A stretch of 64,000 nucleotides of DNA from Dimorphilus gyrociliatus (Eukaryota; Animalia; Annelida): NCBI GenBank assembly GCA_904063045.1, contig CAJFCJ010000013.1:62001-126000 (forward strand), in the 5' to 3' direction. The stretch's first letter is position 1; each line of letters starts with the position of its first letter. A program made the translations under genes and the position numbers. Positions 1-24,347 of this stretch are shown one piece after another. The notes beneath the pieces were generated by a model, which saw nothing but the letters and a program-made list of their open reading frames with translations, was not told the origin of the DNA and ran no database searches.

Positions 1-159
1 ATAAACGTACAAACAAACAAACAAACGATACATTAATTTTTGGCAACTGAAATTGACTCATGACTAAAGAAAAATGAATAATAAATAGAGCTTGTAATAA
101 CAAGACTAAATCAAAATATATATATATTTAAATAAGTAAATTTAAACACACATGTATAA

Positions 160-160
<1 letters not shown>

Positions 161-200
<40 letters not shown>
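161..200. repeat. (TA)n microsatellite, representative of many (e.g. ~479-522, ~19221-19262, ~43305-43337)
   Basis: Uninterrupted TA dinucleotide run read directly. Confidence 0.95.
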
Positions 201-208
<8 letters not shown>

Positions 209-476
209 GTATTTCTCTTTTTGCTTCAAAAAACGAGTGCACGCCGAAAATATTCTTTTTTTTTAGTAGAAAAGGAAAAAAAGAGAAGAGAAAAAAATTT
301 CAATCTAAATCCGTTCAACGAGTAACTTGACAAGAGCAATACCGGAAAGTTAATTACTTTATAGGAAAAAAGATTCCAAAGGGAGATTGAAAAAATCGTC
401 CAAATCAATATCATTTTGCGACAGGTTTTCATCTCTCTCTTTGCTTTTTTCAAATTGATTAAGCTTTCAAAAAGAA

Positions 477-524
<48 letters not shown>

Positions 525-617
525 TATATATATACATATATACAAAATGAATGATGTGTATGTACGTATATATATTTATACATATTGCTAAATTTGTGCG
601 ATTTTTTTCTCCTATAA

Positions 618-11529
<10,912 letters not shown>

Positions 11530-13905
11530 TTTGCTAGTTTAACGTTTAACAATCTTTAATCCAAATCTAATAACAGCGCATGTAATCCGGTTAGCCGGTC
11601 GGCTCTGTCTTGCAGTAATCAAGAACTGCATAGAAATATTCGCTAGATTCTTTTACAAGCTCCCACCAGAGCCATACCAATAAACGGTTATACTTTCTAC
11701 ATCCTTCATATGTCCGTTAGTTAAATTTTCCTTTATATATGATCGAATAATTTAGTTGAAATATCCGTTAAATTAATAAATCTTACTATTCCTACGTTCA
11801 TCGCATCTCGATGGAAGCCATGTTGAGAGCCATTTTGTTTAAACGAATCCTATCCCACAATGCATCAGTATAAACATTCCATTATTTTACGAGTGAAATA
11901 TCTCTTAATATTTTTTTTCTTATTTATACAAATATGTAAAACAAAAATCAACGAAAGTGAAAGGTATTTTTCAAAGTGGGCGGAAAAATCACTCAATTTG
12001 AAATTGCGAAAAATGTCCGATAGATGTCGTATACAGACGATTGGTTAACCCTAGTGTGCTTGAAGAACGAACCTTTAATAAAGAGAACGTTCATCTGCAC
12101 AAGCTATTTAACCTCAGTTGACTATTTATTTTTTTGTTAGCCGTCCAGATGCCGTATTTTGTAAAAATAGCAACAAAAAAATAAATTTATTTTCAGCGTA
12201 TTTGATGGCGAGATCAAAATTTTTGGCAAACATTTATCAAAATTTATATCAGTTTGCTAAATAGGTTCTCTTATCAAAGGTGTCCAGAAGACGGTAAAGT
12301 CGTATCGTAAAATTCGTAGGCGTAAAAAAGGTTTTACAAATAAAAAAAGAAAAAAGAAAAAAAAAAGAAACGAGGGAAAAAAAGAGAAATGAAGAGGAAA
12401 GAGAATGATGTAGTGAGGTAGAATAGCGGAAGGGTTAAACTAAAAAGAGAAAAAAAAACGAGGAAGGAGAAAAATGCACAAGGCGCCCTTTAAAGCCCTG
12501 GAAACGGCGTTGAAAAACTATTCGGGGGCCACGAAAATAGAAGCGTTTTTATCCGGGACATTGGCACAGCACTAGACTGATGAATATCGATTTGGGGCAG
12601 CGTTTCTCTCTGCCTGTATAGTTAAGTAGAGGATAGCAGCCGCAAAAGCAACAGCAGCAGCAGGCGGCGTAGTCGTCGTTGTCGTCGAAAATCTAGACGA
12701 GATGCTAGCATCGTATAAGAGCAACGAGATTACGTAGTATAGCGTATCGTCGTAATTATAGTACATGTAAAGCGTACTATAATGAATATACTATACGATT
12801 AAGTGAAATTCCTTTTTCCATCTTCATTCAATCATATCAATATATTATGATATATTTCACACCCATTTTGCATTATCTATTTTGCATATTGTATATTTTA
12901 TACATATATGTCGTATTCTGTATTTATATATATATATTCTATATGTATTTATACATTTAACAGTATATTAGCTTCTAATCTATTCTATATGACGTTTTCC
13001 TTCAATTTATGTATATGATAATGTATACATAGATACATTAATTCATTTATGTAGCTTTTTTATCTTGAAAATATACAGTTTACTTGTATAAGTAACGCAT
13101 GCACGTATATATTTATATACACTAATATATAAACAGTATATATATACAGTATTGTCTGCCTATTCTCCAGATGAATATAAGTATATATATATATAAATTT
13201 ATATGTACATGCGGCGTTCTATACGACATTTATACGAAAAAAAAGCAGCTGACGCCGGGTGCAAGTGGCGCGCAATTTTTTGTCGCCGATTGATTTATCA
13301 ATTAATATTATGGTTATTAGCATTAGCTTTAAGTTGCATAAATTAGCCGTATTTATTTATTAATATTAATTTTAGATATTAATATATATATATATATATA
13401 ATTTTTATAAAACTAGTCAACACTCTTTTATGCTAGAAACTGGTTAAGTTATTGTGCCGTTATTATATTATTAATATCGTATTATTGATCCAATGACGGT
13501 CGTTTGGCCCACCCTGTCAGCCCTGTCCGAACTTGCATCGTCCTGAGTCTACGTAGACGAACATATTCAGCCGCGTATATTCGACATTGTGTAATGACGT
13601 TATTAATACGCTCAGCATCCCTACATCATCGATTGAGGCCGCCACTGACGTTCTCTGCTTCAGATGACGCCCGACAGTGGTGCAGTGGCGCCATGTCCGT
13701 ATGATAAGCGCCGCCGTTCTACCGAGCATGACGAGGACGAGGACGACAAGGAGAACTGGCAAGAAGAGGCAATTGAAAGCTGCAAAAGATTAGTAGCTGA
13801 ACATTCCTTCCTCATCCTCCTCCATATCTCTAGTGTTATTTATACTACTGTTAACGTTCCCTCTTCTTCCCCCACCTACTGGAATAAACGAGGTGGAGTG
13901 GGAGA

Positions 13906-13982
13906 ATGTCTCAAAAATTTCATAATTTATTGGACTTTTTCCATATCGAGCGAAAACCAAGCGGAGGGGGATGTAGTCATGT
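13906..13982 (+). CDS. Candidate alternative first coding exon A of Shaker (MSQKFHNLLDFFHIERKPSGGGCSHV)
   Basis: ATG with A at -3; open frame to a GTAAGT donor at 13983 in phase 2, matching the phase-2 acceptor ttcccaaacag|G at 17684. Confidence 0.5.
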
Positions 13983-14828
13983 GTAAGTATCTACTGATTT
14001 CTTTTATAAAACAAACAAAAATTGAAAAAATCTTTTCCTCTCGAAAATCTGACGATTAGTTTCAGTTGAATTTTTTGTATGCCTATTTCGCTGTAAGGTT
14101 TCGTTAAAAACGTTTTTTCGACGCTAAAAGCTGTAGGAAAAGTGTATTTAGAATAGAGGATGGCGACGACGACAATTTGCTGCAGTATCCATCTGCCGGG
14201 CTAATAAAACTCTCCCCCTTTCGCCCCTTCCCGTTCTCTCTCTGTCTCTCTGTCTCTCTGACTGTCTGTCTATCTGTCTCTCTCTCTCTCTCTATTTCTC
14301 TCTTTCGTTCGCTCTTTTACTGTCTGTCTGTGTGTCTGTCTTTCTTTCTTCCCAACACACCACCTCTCACTCTCACTCTCTCTCTTGCTCTTTCTTGCTC
14401 TTTCTTGCTCTTTAGTTATATCTTTTTACTGCTTTCTATACGTTTTTTAGTTTTTTCATTTTTTTTCAGGGAGTTTTCTCAGTTTATCCCTATAAATTCT
14501 CTATCGTATTTTTAAAGTTAAAGTTTTCCTTCTCCCTCTTTGTTCTCTCCGACAATATATTTCTCTGAAGTGTATGTGTACGTTGTGTATACAAAGCTTT
14601 TCTTGTAAGTTATACGTATGACGTATATCAGCATTCACTAGTAAGAAAAAAAAGAGAGGCCAACCGAATGAGTAAATGAGAGCAAGAGTGCGAGAGTGAG
14701 AGAGAGTAAACGAGAGCGAATGAGATAGAGAAATCCGCCAGGCACACTGGGCCGCTAATTTTAGAAGGCTATATAGCTACAGTGATTTTGGTGGTTTGTA
14801 GTTGGCCTGGCGCATGCATGGATAGCGA

Positions 14829-15070
14829 ATGGGGTGGCGAAGCGGGGCCGTAACCGGCCCTTCGTCGGCCCCTCCTCCTTCATCCGCTAGAAGATCGAAC
14901 TTAGAGTCTCTACTAACACCTCGCCGCCCCGCTAGACGCCTGGGCTCTTCACCGTCCGCCGCCTCTTCCCTAGTCAGCGCCGGTAGCGCCTTATTGGCGG
15001 CTACTTGCCACCGTCAATTAGTACAAGATGCAAAAGAAGAAGAAGCGTCGTCGTCGTCATGTCCAAAGGG
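14829..15070 (+). CDS. Candidate alternative first coding exon B of Shaker (MGWRSG...SCPKG, 81 aa)
   Basis: GC-rich ORF ending GG|gtaaaa in phase 2, compatible with the acceptor at 17684; weaker donor and Kozak context than exons A and C. Confidence 0.35.
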
Positions 15071-15137
15071 GTAAAACACATAGATAAATAAAATACATGC
15101 TTTAATATCCAGTATATACATACAATATATACAGCGC

Positions 15138-15180
<43 letters not shown>

Positions 15181-15809
15181 ATATATATACTGCATAAGAG
15201 TGAGTGAGCGTGAGTGTATGCATATCTATATATACATACGAGCCTATACGCCAAAAAACTAATATATAATCCAATGGTAATTTTATATAAATGTATCTAC
15301 CGTGTTATATAATATATATATAGATATATTTATATATATTTATATATACTTATATATATATATATATACACTGGTAAATATATAGTATATTGCGCATGTA
15401 AATGCAGTATATGTTACTAAGAATACTCGATGGACGAGTATAGGTGTACTTTATGGAAAGATATTATAAACTGTATTATGTATATATGTATATATATAAA
15501 CTGTATATACAAGTATATACTTATTTCAAATCATGTTTAGAATTATATGTACTATATATATATACTGTGTATATAGGCCGCAGCGATCAATTAAATTATG
15601 CAGGGGTGCGTTGTAAATAATTAATCGTTTGTTCATAGTCTTTCTCGGCCGTAGTCAGTGTCGTTTGACGTTGCCGTTCGGAACTAAATATAGGATCATC
15701 GGGTGGAATACGACGCTGTAGCCCTTTTCGTTTGTCTTTTCCCCTTCGATTTTTCCCCTTCCCTACCCTCGCTTTGTTGGATAAGAGGGCGCCGAACGCC
15801 GGCGCGATT

Positions 15810-15844
15810 ATGGCATTCGTACCGGCTTTACTCGATACGAACTT
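15810..15844 (+). CDS. Candidate alternative first coding exon C of Shaker (MAFVPALLDTNL)
   Basis: Strong Kozak context (attATGg); open frame to a GTAAGT donor at 15845 in phase 2, compatible with the acceptor at 17684. Confidence 0.55.
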
Positions 15845-17050
15845 GTAAGTGTTTGTTACGATTCATTGATCGGCCCGCCAATAGAATAAACGTAAAAGGC
15901 GCGCTGGAGACGTGTATAGTTAGTCGATCTTTCTCTCTCTCTCTCTCTCTCTCTCTTTCACCCTGTTTCTTTCTCCCTCTCTCCCCTTTTCTCACTCACT
16001 TACTAACTCAGGCAGTCAGTCATTTACTTACTCACTCATTCACTCACTCTCATTGCTCATTTTCTACCTGATCCTCAACCTTTTTCTTTTATTTTGTATC
16101 TTAGTTTTTTTCTTCCTCTCACTACCATCTCTCTCTCTCTCTCTCTATCTCTCTACCCTGCACTGTGTATTAACGTAGAGGCGCATTTATACTTGAAGCT
16201 GAGCTTTTCGCTCTTTATTTTTTTTTTCGCGCTCGTTAATCTCTGAGCGCCGACGCCGCCTGATTCCTTTTGCCTCCGGAATAATACATTGCACGTATAT
16301 AGAAAAATTGCGTGCGTGATCGCCTTTCTGTTTTCTTTTTTTTACCCAATTTTTAACATAACCCTTCGCTTCATCTCTAATTGAGAAAAAAATTTAATTT
16401 GATATTTTTTCATTAAATTGAAAATTAGAACGTTTATATATATATATAAATTTATATATATATGCAACTCGTATACGGCTCGAACAATGTTGAAAAAATC
16501 AATGGATCATTCGAGCTATTCACTTGCAAGACAATCGATAATAATGATATATATGTGCATATGTTCTAACACGGTTTATTTTAATGGTGGCGAAAAAGTT
16601 TAGTAATAAAATATATATCATTTGCTTGAAAAATACACAGCAAAAGAAAAAAATCAAATGCCAAATAGAGAAAGATATAGAGATAGTAATAGGGGAGAGA
16701 GGGATGGATAGAGTGAAAAAAGAAGGAAAGAGAAACAAAAAATAATGGTTGAAATGAGAGAAATGAGTGAGAGTGTATATATGTGTGTGAGTGTATGTAA
16801 GAGAGATAGAGAGAAAAAGGTTCAGTTACTAGGTACCTTAGAGAGCGAAACTACTTTCAACTTATGCAAGAAAACATGAACATTTATATAAATATAGCTT
16901 AGATGCGCTAAAAGATGCAAAAGTGTTTATGTTCTAAAAAATCCATACACCTCTGTGTAAAGTCCATGGAGAAAGATAAATTTTGCGCAATATACTATAT
17001 ATAATGTAACAATAATAATAATAATAATAATAATGCAAATCTTTTATGTC

Positions 17051-17086
<36 letters not shown>

Positions 17087-17654
17087 TATATATGTGAGTA
17101 ATCAGACTTTTAATTCACTCGGACTGTACGAAGTATATAAGCATGTTATTAACATTATTATTTTTATCACTATTAGGGTTTTTGTATTGTATAATCACTA
17201 AAAAAACATATTTAGCAGACGTTGCATTCACATGCAACATTTACAAACGTACATAAATAAACACATGCATAAATGTGTTTATATATTGCAGTTCTGACAA
17301 ACTAGGTATAGATTCAGCATAAGCTGAAATGTACAAGCGTAAATGTATAGTATACACTTAGATTACATTAATACATTATGCATGAGAGGTCTCTAGGATG
17401 CAAATTTTTTGGGATGCTAGTGTTTAAAAAGGCTGAGAAACAAAATTTGCAGTTGCGATTGCCCTGCTATCGAGCGGCGGTTATTTTGCAGTTGTCGGCC
17501 ATATTTGAATGGCGGGTTGTGAAAATGTATTGCGGTTCGTGATTGGCCGGTTCCGACGGTCGACGATGCGGAAAAACGACGTAATTAACGTCGTCAAACG
17601 ACGAGATGAATCGTCGGTCGGCTAGAAGACGTTTTAAAAAGATATCAGGCTTTG

Positions 17655-19127
17655 ATGACGTTATCATCTGCCTTCCCAAACAGGTCGTTCCCCAACAAGC
17701 TGGCGCCCGACGACGAGCATATCGCTTCGGCGGCAGCCGATGGCGGATGTACGGACGCGCTCGGCATGGGAAGTGAGTTCGAATCGGCCGAACGCGTAGT
17801 GATTAACGTCAGCGGCCTAAGATTCGAAACGCAACTGAAGACGCTCAACCAATTCCCGGATACGCTCCTCGGCGATCCGCATAAACGTAACCGTTACTAT
17901 GACCCGTTACGGAACGAATACTTCTTCGACCGGAATCGGCCTTCTTTCGACGCTATACTCTACTATTATCAATCTGGGGGACGCCTCCGGCGGCCAGTTA
18001 ATGTACCCCTAGATGTTTTCTCCGAAGAGATCAAGTTCTACGAATTAGGTGAAGAGGCGATTGAAAAATACAGGGAAGACGAGGGTTTTACAAAGGAAGA
18101 GGAAAAGGTTTTACCCACGAATGAATTCCAGAAGAAAGTCTGGTTATTATTTGAATACCCAGAAAGTTCTATGGCCGCCCGTTTAATAGCCATCTTCTCC
18201 GTTACCGTCATCCTGCTATCGATCGTCATTTTCTGCCTAGAGACGCTACCGCAATTCAAACAATATCAATCAACTAACACTTCGGAACTTAGTGATGTGA
18301 CAACGGTCAAAATCGAACCGGAAGATATACCGAAATTCACAGACGCCTTCTTTATTATCGAAACGACTTGCATTGTATGGTTTACATCCGAATTGCTAGT
18401 CAGGTTCGCCTCCTGTCCCGAAAAGTTCGGATTCTTTAAAAATATCATGAATCTGATCGATATTGTGGCGATCATTCCTTATTTTATAACGTTAGGTACG
18501 GTAATAGCCGACTCGAATCAACAGCAGAACAATCAAGCCATGTCTCTGGCTATACTCAGAGTGATTAGATTAGTTAGGGTGTTTCGAATATTCAAATTAT
18601 CACGACATTCTAAAGGATTACAAATTCTAGGGCAGACCTTAAAAGCCTCAATGAGGGAATTAGGACTACTTATCTTCTTCTTATTTATAGGAGTAATTCT
18701 CTTCTCCTCAGCCGTCTACTTCGCCGAAGCCGATGAGAAAAAGTCACATTTCAAGAGTATACCAGACGCCTTTTGGTGGGCTGTCGTAACGATGACGACG
18801 GTCGGCTATGGCGATATGAGACCCGTCTCCGTCTGGGGTAAATTGGTCGGCTCCCTGTGCGCCATTACAGGCGTATTGACCATAGCCCTACCAGTGCCTG
18901 TCATCGTCTCCAACTTTAACTATTTCTATCACCGTGAAACGGACAATGAGGACAAACAGAACTATGTGCACGTTCAAAGTTGCCCTAACTTTCCGAGATC
19001 TGTTAAAAAGGATTCGAATGCTGGCTCTGAATCTTGCTCGGAAATTATGGAGATGGAAGAAGGTGTCGTTATTGTAGGTGGAAAGCAGAATCACGCCAAT
19101 TCAGCTAGCGTTGAAACGGACGTTTAA
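17655..19127 (+). CDS. Sh: Shaker/Kv1 voltage-gated potassium channel; T1 domain to C-terminus in a single exon
   Basis: T1 domain [16 protein letters not shown]; S4 [19 protein letters not shown]; filter TMTTVGYGD; S6 PVPVIVSNF; C-terminal PDZ ligand ETDV. First ATG is at 17655 in weak context; a likely splice acceptor lies at 17683/17684. Confidence 0.97.
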   Translation: MTLSSAFPNRSFPNKLAPDDEHIASAAADGGCTDALGMGSEFESAERVVINVSGLRFETQLKTLNQFPDTLLGDPHKRNRYYDPLRNEYFFDRNRPSFDAILYYYQSGGRLRRPVNVPLDVFSEEIKFYELGEEAIEKYREDEGFTKEEEKVLPTNEFQKKVWLLFEYPESSMAARLIAIFSVTVILLSIVIFCLETLPQFKQYQSTNTSELSDVTTVKIEPEDIPKFTDAFFIIETTCIVWFTSELLVRFASCPEKFGFFKNIMNLIDIVAIIPYFITLGTVIADSNQQQNNQAMSLAILRVIRLVRVFRIFKLSRHSKGLQILGQTLKASMRELGLLIFFLFIGVILFSSAVYFAEADEKKSHFKSIPDAFWWAVVTMTTVGYGDMRPVSVWGKLVGSLCAITGVLTIALPVPVIVSNFNYFYHRETDNEDKQNYVHVQSCPNFPRSVKKDSNAGSESCSEIMEMEEGVVIVGGKQNHANSASVETDV

Positions 19128-19212
19128 AAAAAACAAACAAACAAAGTGACAAACTTTAATATATTTATATATATATGTTTTTATATATACATATATATAT
19201 ATCTATTTTAAC

Positions 19213-19268
<56 letters not shown>

Positions 19269-19667
19269 GGATATATATATATTCATCGGATATGTATATA
19301 TCTATATATGTATATATCCTAATACGGAAAATATAAATCTACGGAAAGCGAAGGAAAGGAGAGAAAAAAAAGTAAAAACAAACTTAAATATAATAAATAA
19401 ATTGATATAGACAAGCACCGCCTCCCGAGCCGTCGCTCTTGCCATCGTCCTTTTTAATCAAACTGCAGGTACGTATACGTTTTAATATATGTACAGACTT
19501 ATCTGTCTCGTTTTGGTTCTATTTTTTTTTTCTTTCATTGTTTGTTTGTTTGAAAATTCGTCCGTTTGATTGTTCTTGTTTGTTTTACTTTAAGAAAACA
19601 TACTTCTTTTAATTTCTATTCAAATATTTTAATATTACTTTCAATATACTTAGATACATATTTACTT

Positions 19668-19710
<43 letters not shown>

Positions 19711-22700
19711 TATACATATATATATATTCTTTATTTATACACATATACATGTACTTCCTTCATTATACTAGTTAATTGAGTCTTTAAGTGTTTACATTTT
19801 CTATATGTATCTATACATAAACTCTCGAATCTTAAATATATATGATAAAACCAATATAAGATACATATAAAGCCATATATTTGTGCAATATTTAAATAAC
19901 ATACATATTAAGTATATATGATATATATTTTTCCTTATTTATATGATACTTTGATATAAAAAAGGAAAAATATTATCTACATATGTTGATATAAACACGT
20001 TAATATGTATATATTTGCATATGTACAGTACAACTGAACTATATTTATTTAAATATATATCTATATAGATAAGTAATGCTGCTGCTGGTTTACAACAAAA
20101 ATATTCAAAAAATATCCAAAACCATAAAATGGAATGATGCAGAGTCAGCAGTATCCTGACACGCCCTACAAGACAACAGTGATGAATAGGATTGGTGCTA
20201 TGGCTATGGTGCAACGGACTTAAACTAATAAGCTACGTCTCTTCTCATTCGCCTCTATTTTTAGAATTCAACGCCCATCCATATAATTCTCTCTATAAAA
20301 TTTGCGTGTAAATACAACAAGGAGGCAAAGAAAACAAACAGACTGTTGACTCTGCTTTTCTATAGAGACACAATCGTTACTTTTGCCCGGGCGTCGATTT
20401 GTAGGTGAAAGGAGAAGTAAGAGAACGTGTTTGTAATCGTATTAGAGGAGTGTGTTGGTATATATTCTACCAAAAAGATGGAGTAACAGAAAAAACACAG
20501 GGACAGAAAGAAAGAAAAGCATTTCAGAGAGTGAGAAAACACAAAGGAATAATTCGTATTCCATAGTCGTTACCCGTTTCATTGCCATAACTATTGTTAT
20601 TATAAAAGTGTACATACTCATGTTTTTATCCTAAGTCTTTATCTAGTCCATTTTCCTTATTAATCATATCTTTTTTGTAAAATTAAATCTGGTCCTCTGC
20701 CTCTCCGCCTCTCCCTTTTTCATTTATTTTTTTTTTTGTTGCCTTTCTATTTGCCAAAAGAATAGGAAAAAAAAATAGCAAAGAGAATGACAATCAGTAG
20801 TTGAACTATTTATTACTTGTTTTGTTTATTTTAAATTGCAACAAAAGTGAGAGAGAAATTACTATTTAATAGATAAAAAAAACAATGAAAATATTCACTG
20901 TACAGAAAATTTAGACCGGTTATATCGAGGCAAAAATATAGGACACAACCTATAAATTTCGCTTTTCAGACAGACCAAGGTTATTAAAGCGTTACATTAA
21001 CAAATTTTTTACTTAAATAGACAAAAAGGGTTGATAAATGGCATTGTACTGCATTTAAACGTAAATACTGCCCTTTTTCATTTGATAAATCCATGTATAA
21101 GAATGTAAGGGCAATGGCTATATTTAGTGTGTTAGACTTTTTTGCCAATCACCCTGTTCCGTATTCATGGACATTTATCGATTGATTGTTCGTCCTGCAT
21201 CATTACCATATATATAGAAGAGTTTCGCCTCTTATATTTCGCCCCCTTCTCCTTCCTCTCGTCTTGATTACGCAAGCGGAGAAGTTGATTTCAAGTCAAT
21301 CAATATCCATTCTGAGTATTAGCGATGAGAAATTAGATTGATTTTATATTTTTTTAGACGCCTATTTAACGACCGATTTTCCCTTTTTTTTTTCTACCGA
21401 CAAAATTTTACTCGTCTACGTATATACTTCCTTTTTGAGCGTCTCTCCTCAAAAACTCATATTCTATTGCTTCTCTTTCTTTCTTTCTTTCATTTTGTGT
21501 ATTTTTATTTGTTTAGTTCATTCTCCTCTTGTTCTCCTTTATATGCCTTTGATATACAAAAAAAAGGGTATTCTACATAAATACTTCAAAATTGTATACG
21601 CCAACAGCAGCATTATTTCCAAAAATTGCACATATTTTTCATTTATCAAAAGATTACCAAAGAAAATTTGCAGTTGCTCATCGTTCTTTTTTAGAGATCG
21701 TTTATTTAAAAATTTTTTTTTTGTCTACTTATACATTAAATCATTAAGATATCTTTTTTTCTTTCCCGTTTATTCATTAGGAAAATATTTTCTTTCTATT
21801 ATTTCTTCCAACCTTTTGTTAATTTTTTCATCTCTTTTCTTCACTTCCTCTTTCTACCTCTCTTTTCTTTGTGAAGAAAAAACGATAAGAAGACAAACAA
21901 AAAATTGTCCATGTGTGTGTGTGTGTGTGTGTTTGTATGTTTGTAAGTTTGTGTCTTTATGTATCTATGCGCACGAGCATGCATACATCCATGTATATAT
22001 ACAATATATATTTGTGTATGTGTGCGTGTGCGAATGAGTTAGAAAATCAGAAAATGAGTGAAAGAAAGAAAAGAACAATAATAAATAAGGATCTTCCTTT
22101 TTTTTTTTGTGAGTTTTATTTTCTTTTTCCTTCCGTTCGTTTTCTTTTTTGCAGCTTGCCAGGTAGCGTTCTGTGATTTAATGGATATGGCGCTCGATGG
22201 CAAGAGTGGTGTTTTTCTTAAATAATCATTTTTTTTTTGAAAAAAAAAGGATATTATCAAAAAAAAAAAAAAATATTATACGCTCCGACTATATATTCCG
22301 TAATGTTAAGGAAAAATTATATGCCTGCATTTTGTTGTCATGTAGAAATTGTTGGTGCTCTCCACCATCATTATTATATAAAGATGATTATGAATATACG
22401 TGCAGCTTTTAAGTTTATATATTAATATGCAAAACGTTCTTTTACATGTGCATATAGCTATACTGTTAATTATCACGAAGCCAATTGAAAACGAAACAGA
22501 AATAGATTATAATTAGTACTTGATAAATTATTTAAATTTTTTTCACGCCATCTTAACGGTTTAAAACACGAACATAATCTTGTTGAACATTTCCCCTTTT
22601 TCCTTTTCTTTATATTCGTAAGTATATTAAGTGTGTACAGAGTATAAATGTATCTATATCTATATCTTTTACTTCTTTCCTAGTATTTGCTTTCGCATCG

Positions 22701-23973
22701 TTTTCTTTTCAGTATTTACTTTTCCGCCAATTCGAAAAGCTGTTTAAAAAGTAAATAGCAGCAATATGCCATAAAAATTCAAGTCATGATGTCGCATACG
22801 GCGAAACAACGTGTTTGCAATAAGATTTTATCCGGTCAGGATCTCTGAGAAAAGCTTAACCATTTTCCAACAATTTCTAAACAACGTCTGATCAATAGGC
22901 TTCAGATAGGAATAAAAGGAGAAAAGGGAGAGAAAAATATCCATTCGTTACATTCTCTATCGTTTTTCTCTTCCTTTTTTTTTACTTGACTTATTTATTA
23001 CGCCTATGCCGTTTTAACGTACGGCCTGGGGAACGTTCTATCTCGTTAAAAAAATACGAGAAAGAAACCAAAGGAATACACAGAGAGAGAGAGAGAGAGA
23101 GAGGGAGGGGAGGGGAAAAAAAGATAGAGAGAGTAACGGTAAGAGTAGGAGTAAGAAAACTATATTAGGCCTATTCGCTAAAATAAACCGTCCACAAAAG
23201 CCTAACCATCCCAAACCACCTCTTTCCACCTTGTTTAAAATCTCACTCAAATCCCCCAACCTTACCCTCTCACCCCATCTCGCTTTCCTATCGCTACCCT
23301 TCTTCATTCTCCTATCTATATTACATGCGAGACAAATAAAGGTTAGGAGGCGTCGGTTTCTTGAAGCTGGTGAAAACGTGCGCACTCGTTTTCTTAGATG
23401 TTCCCCAGAAACGCGGATCATTTAAAAGACGCCAGGGGCTAGATGGATTTAGGCCTATCCAGTTAGAGAATAGAAATGTTAAGTGTATATACCGAAGATG
23501 GCGCTAGTGATCAAAAGAATTTTTCGCCTCGAAGGACCACCATGAGCATCACAAAAAGACGAGAAGCCAACAACAACAAAAATGAAAGATTAACAACATT
23601 AAAAGCTTATGACGTAATGAAAAAAAAACGCAAAAAAAATATTGAGAGATGTACGAGTCTCCTCTCATTCCAGTTATTAATATTAATTTATTAATAATCA
23701 TAAATTTTAATAACGTATAGAAAATCCACATATATAATCATAATCCGTTGATAACCCCGCTTGTGTACTAATACAAGCGCCTATGAAGAGTCAGGCCATC
23801 AAAGAGTTGAAAAAAGGCAGCCGTCTTGGTATAATCTTTCGATAAAGCGGCGAACGGCAATGCAAGATATACAACTTATCTCAGCGCCAATCGCATTTGC
23901 GCCAGGAACAGCGCTGCCGGGTCTGCGAACTGGGAGAGTTACTTGCCGCCCCTGCAAAAGGTATACAACGGCG

Positions 23974-24298
23974 ATGAGGAGCGGTTGCTTCTATTGCGTT
24001 AAATATTCGCTATTCGTCTGCAATTTCCTATTCTGGGTAAGTTGCAAATACTTTACAAGTGAATGGAACGTTGGGTAGTCTATTCCCTATTACTTTGCGG
24101 ATCTTAGAAAAGTAAGACATAGACTAGAATGTGGCCAAGTTAAATTAGAATAAAAGAAGAATAAGAACACAAAGTAACATAGAAGAAAGAGAGATAGACA
24201 GGGAGAGAGAGGGAAAGAGAAAGAGAGAGAGAGAGAAGAGGGGGAAATAAGTAAGTAAGTAAGTAAGTGAGTGAGTGACTGAGTGAGTGAGCGAGTAA

Positions 24299-24347
<49 letters not shown>

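Noticed and set aside
13517-15195. Minus-strand ORFs with signal-peptide-like stretches (MTTTTLLLLLHLVLIDG; MPVLLVVLVLVMLG)
   Set aside because: No recognisable family and no convincing exon chain; better explained as the antisense reading of GC-rich Shaker 5' exons.
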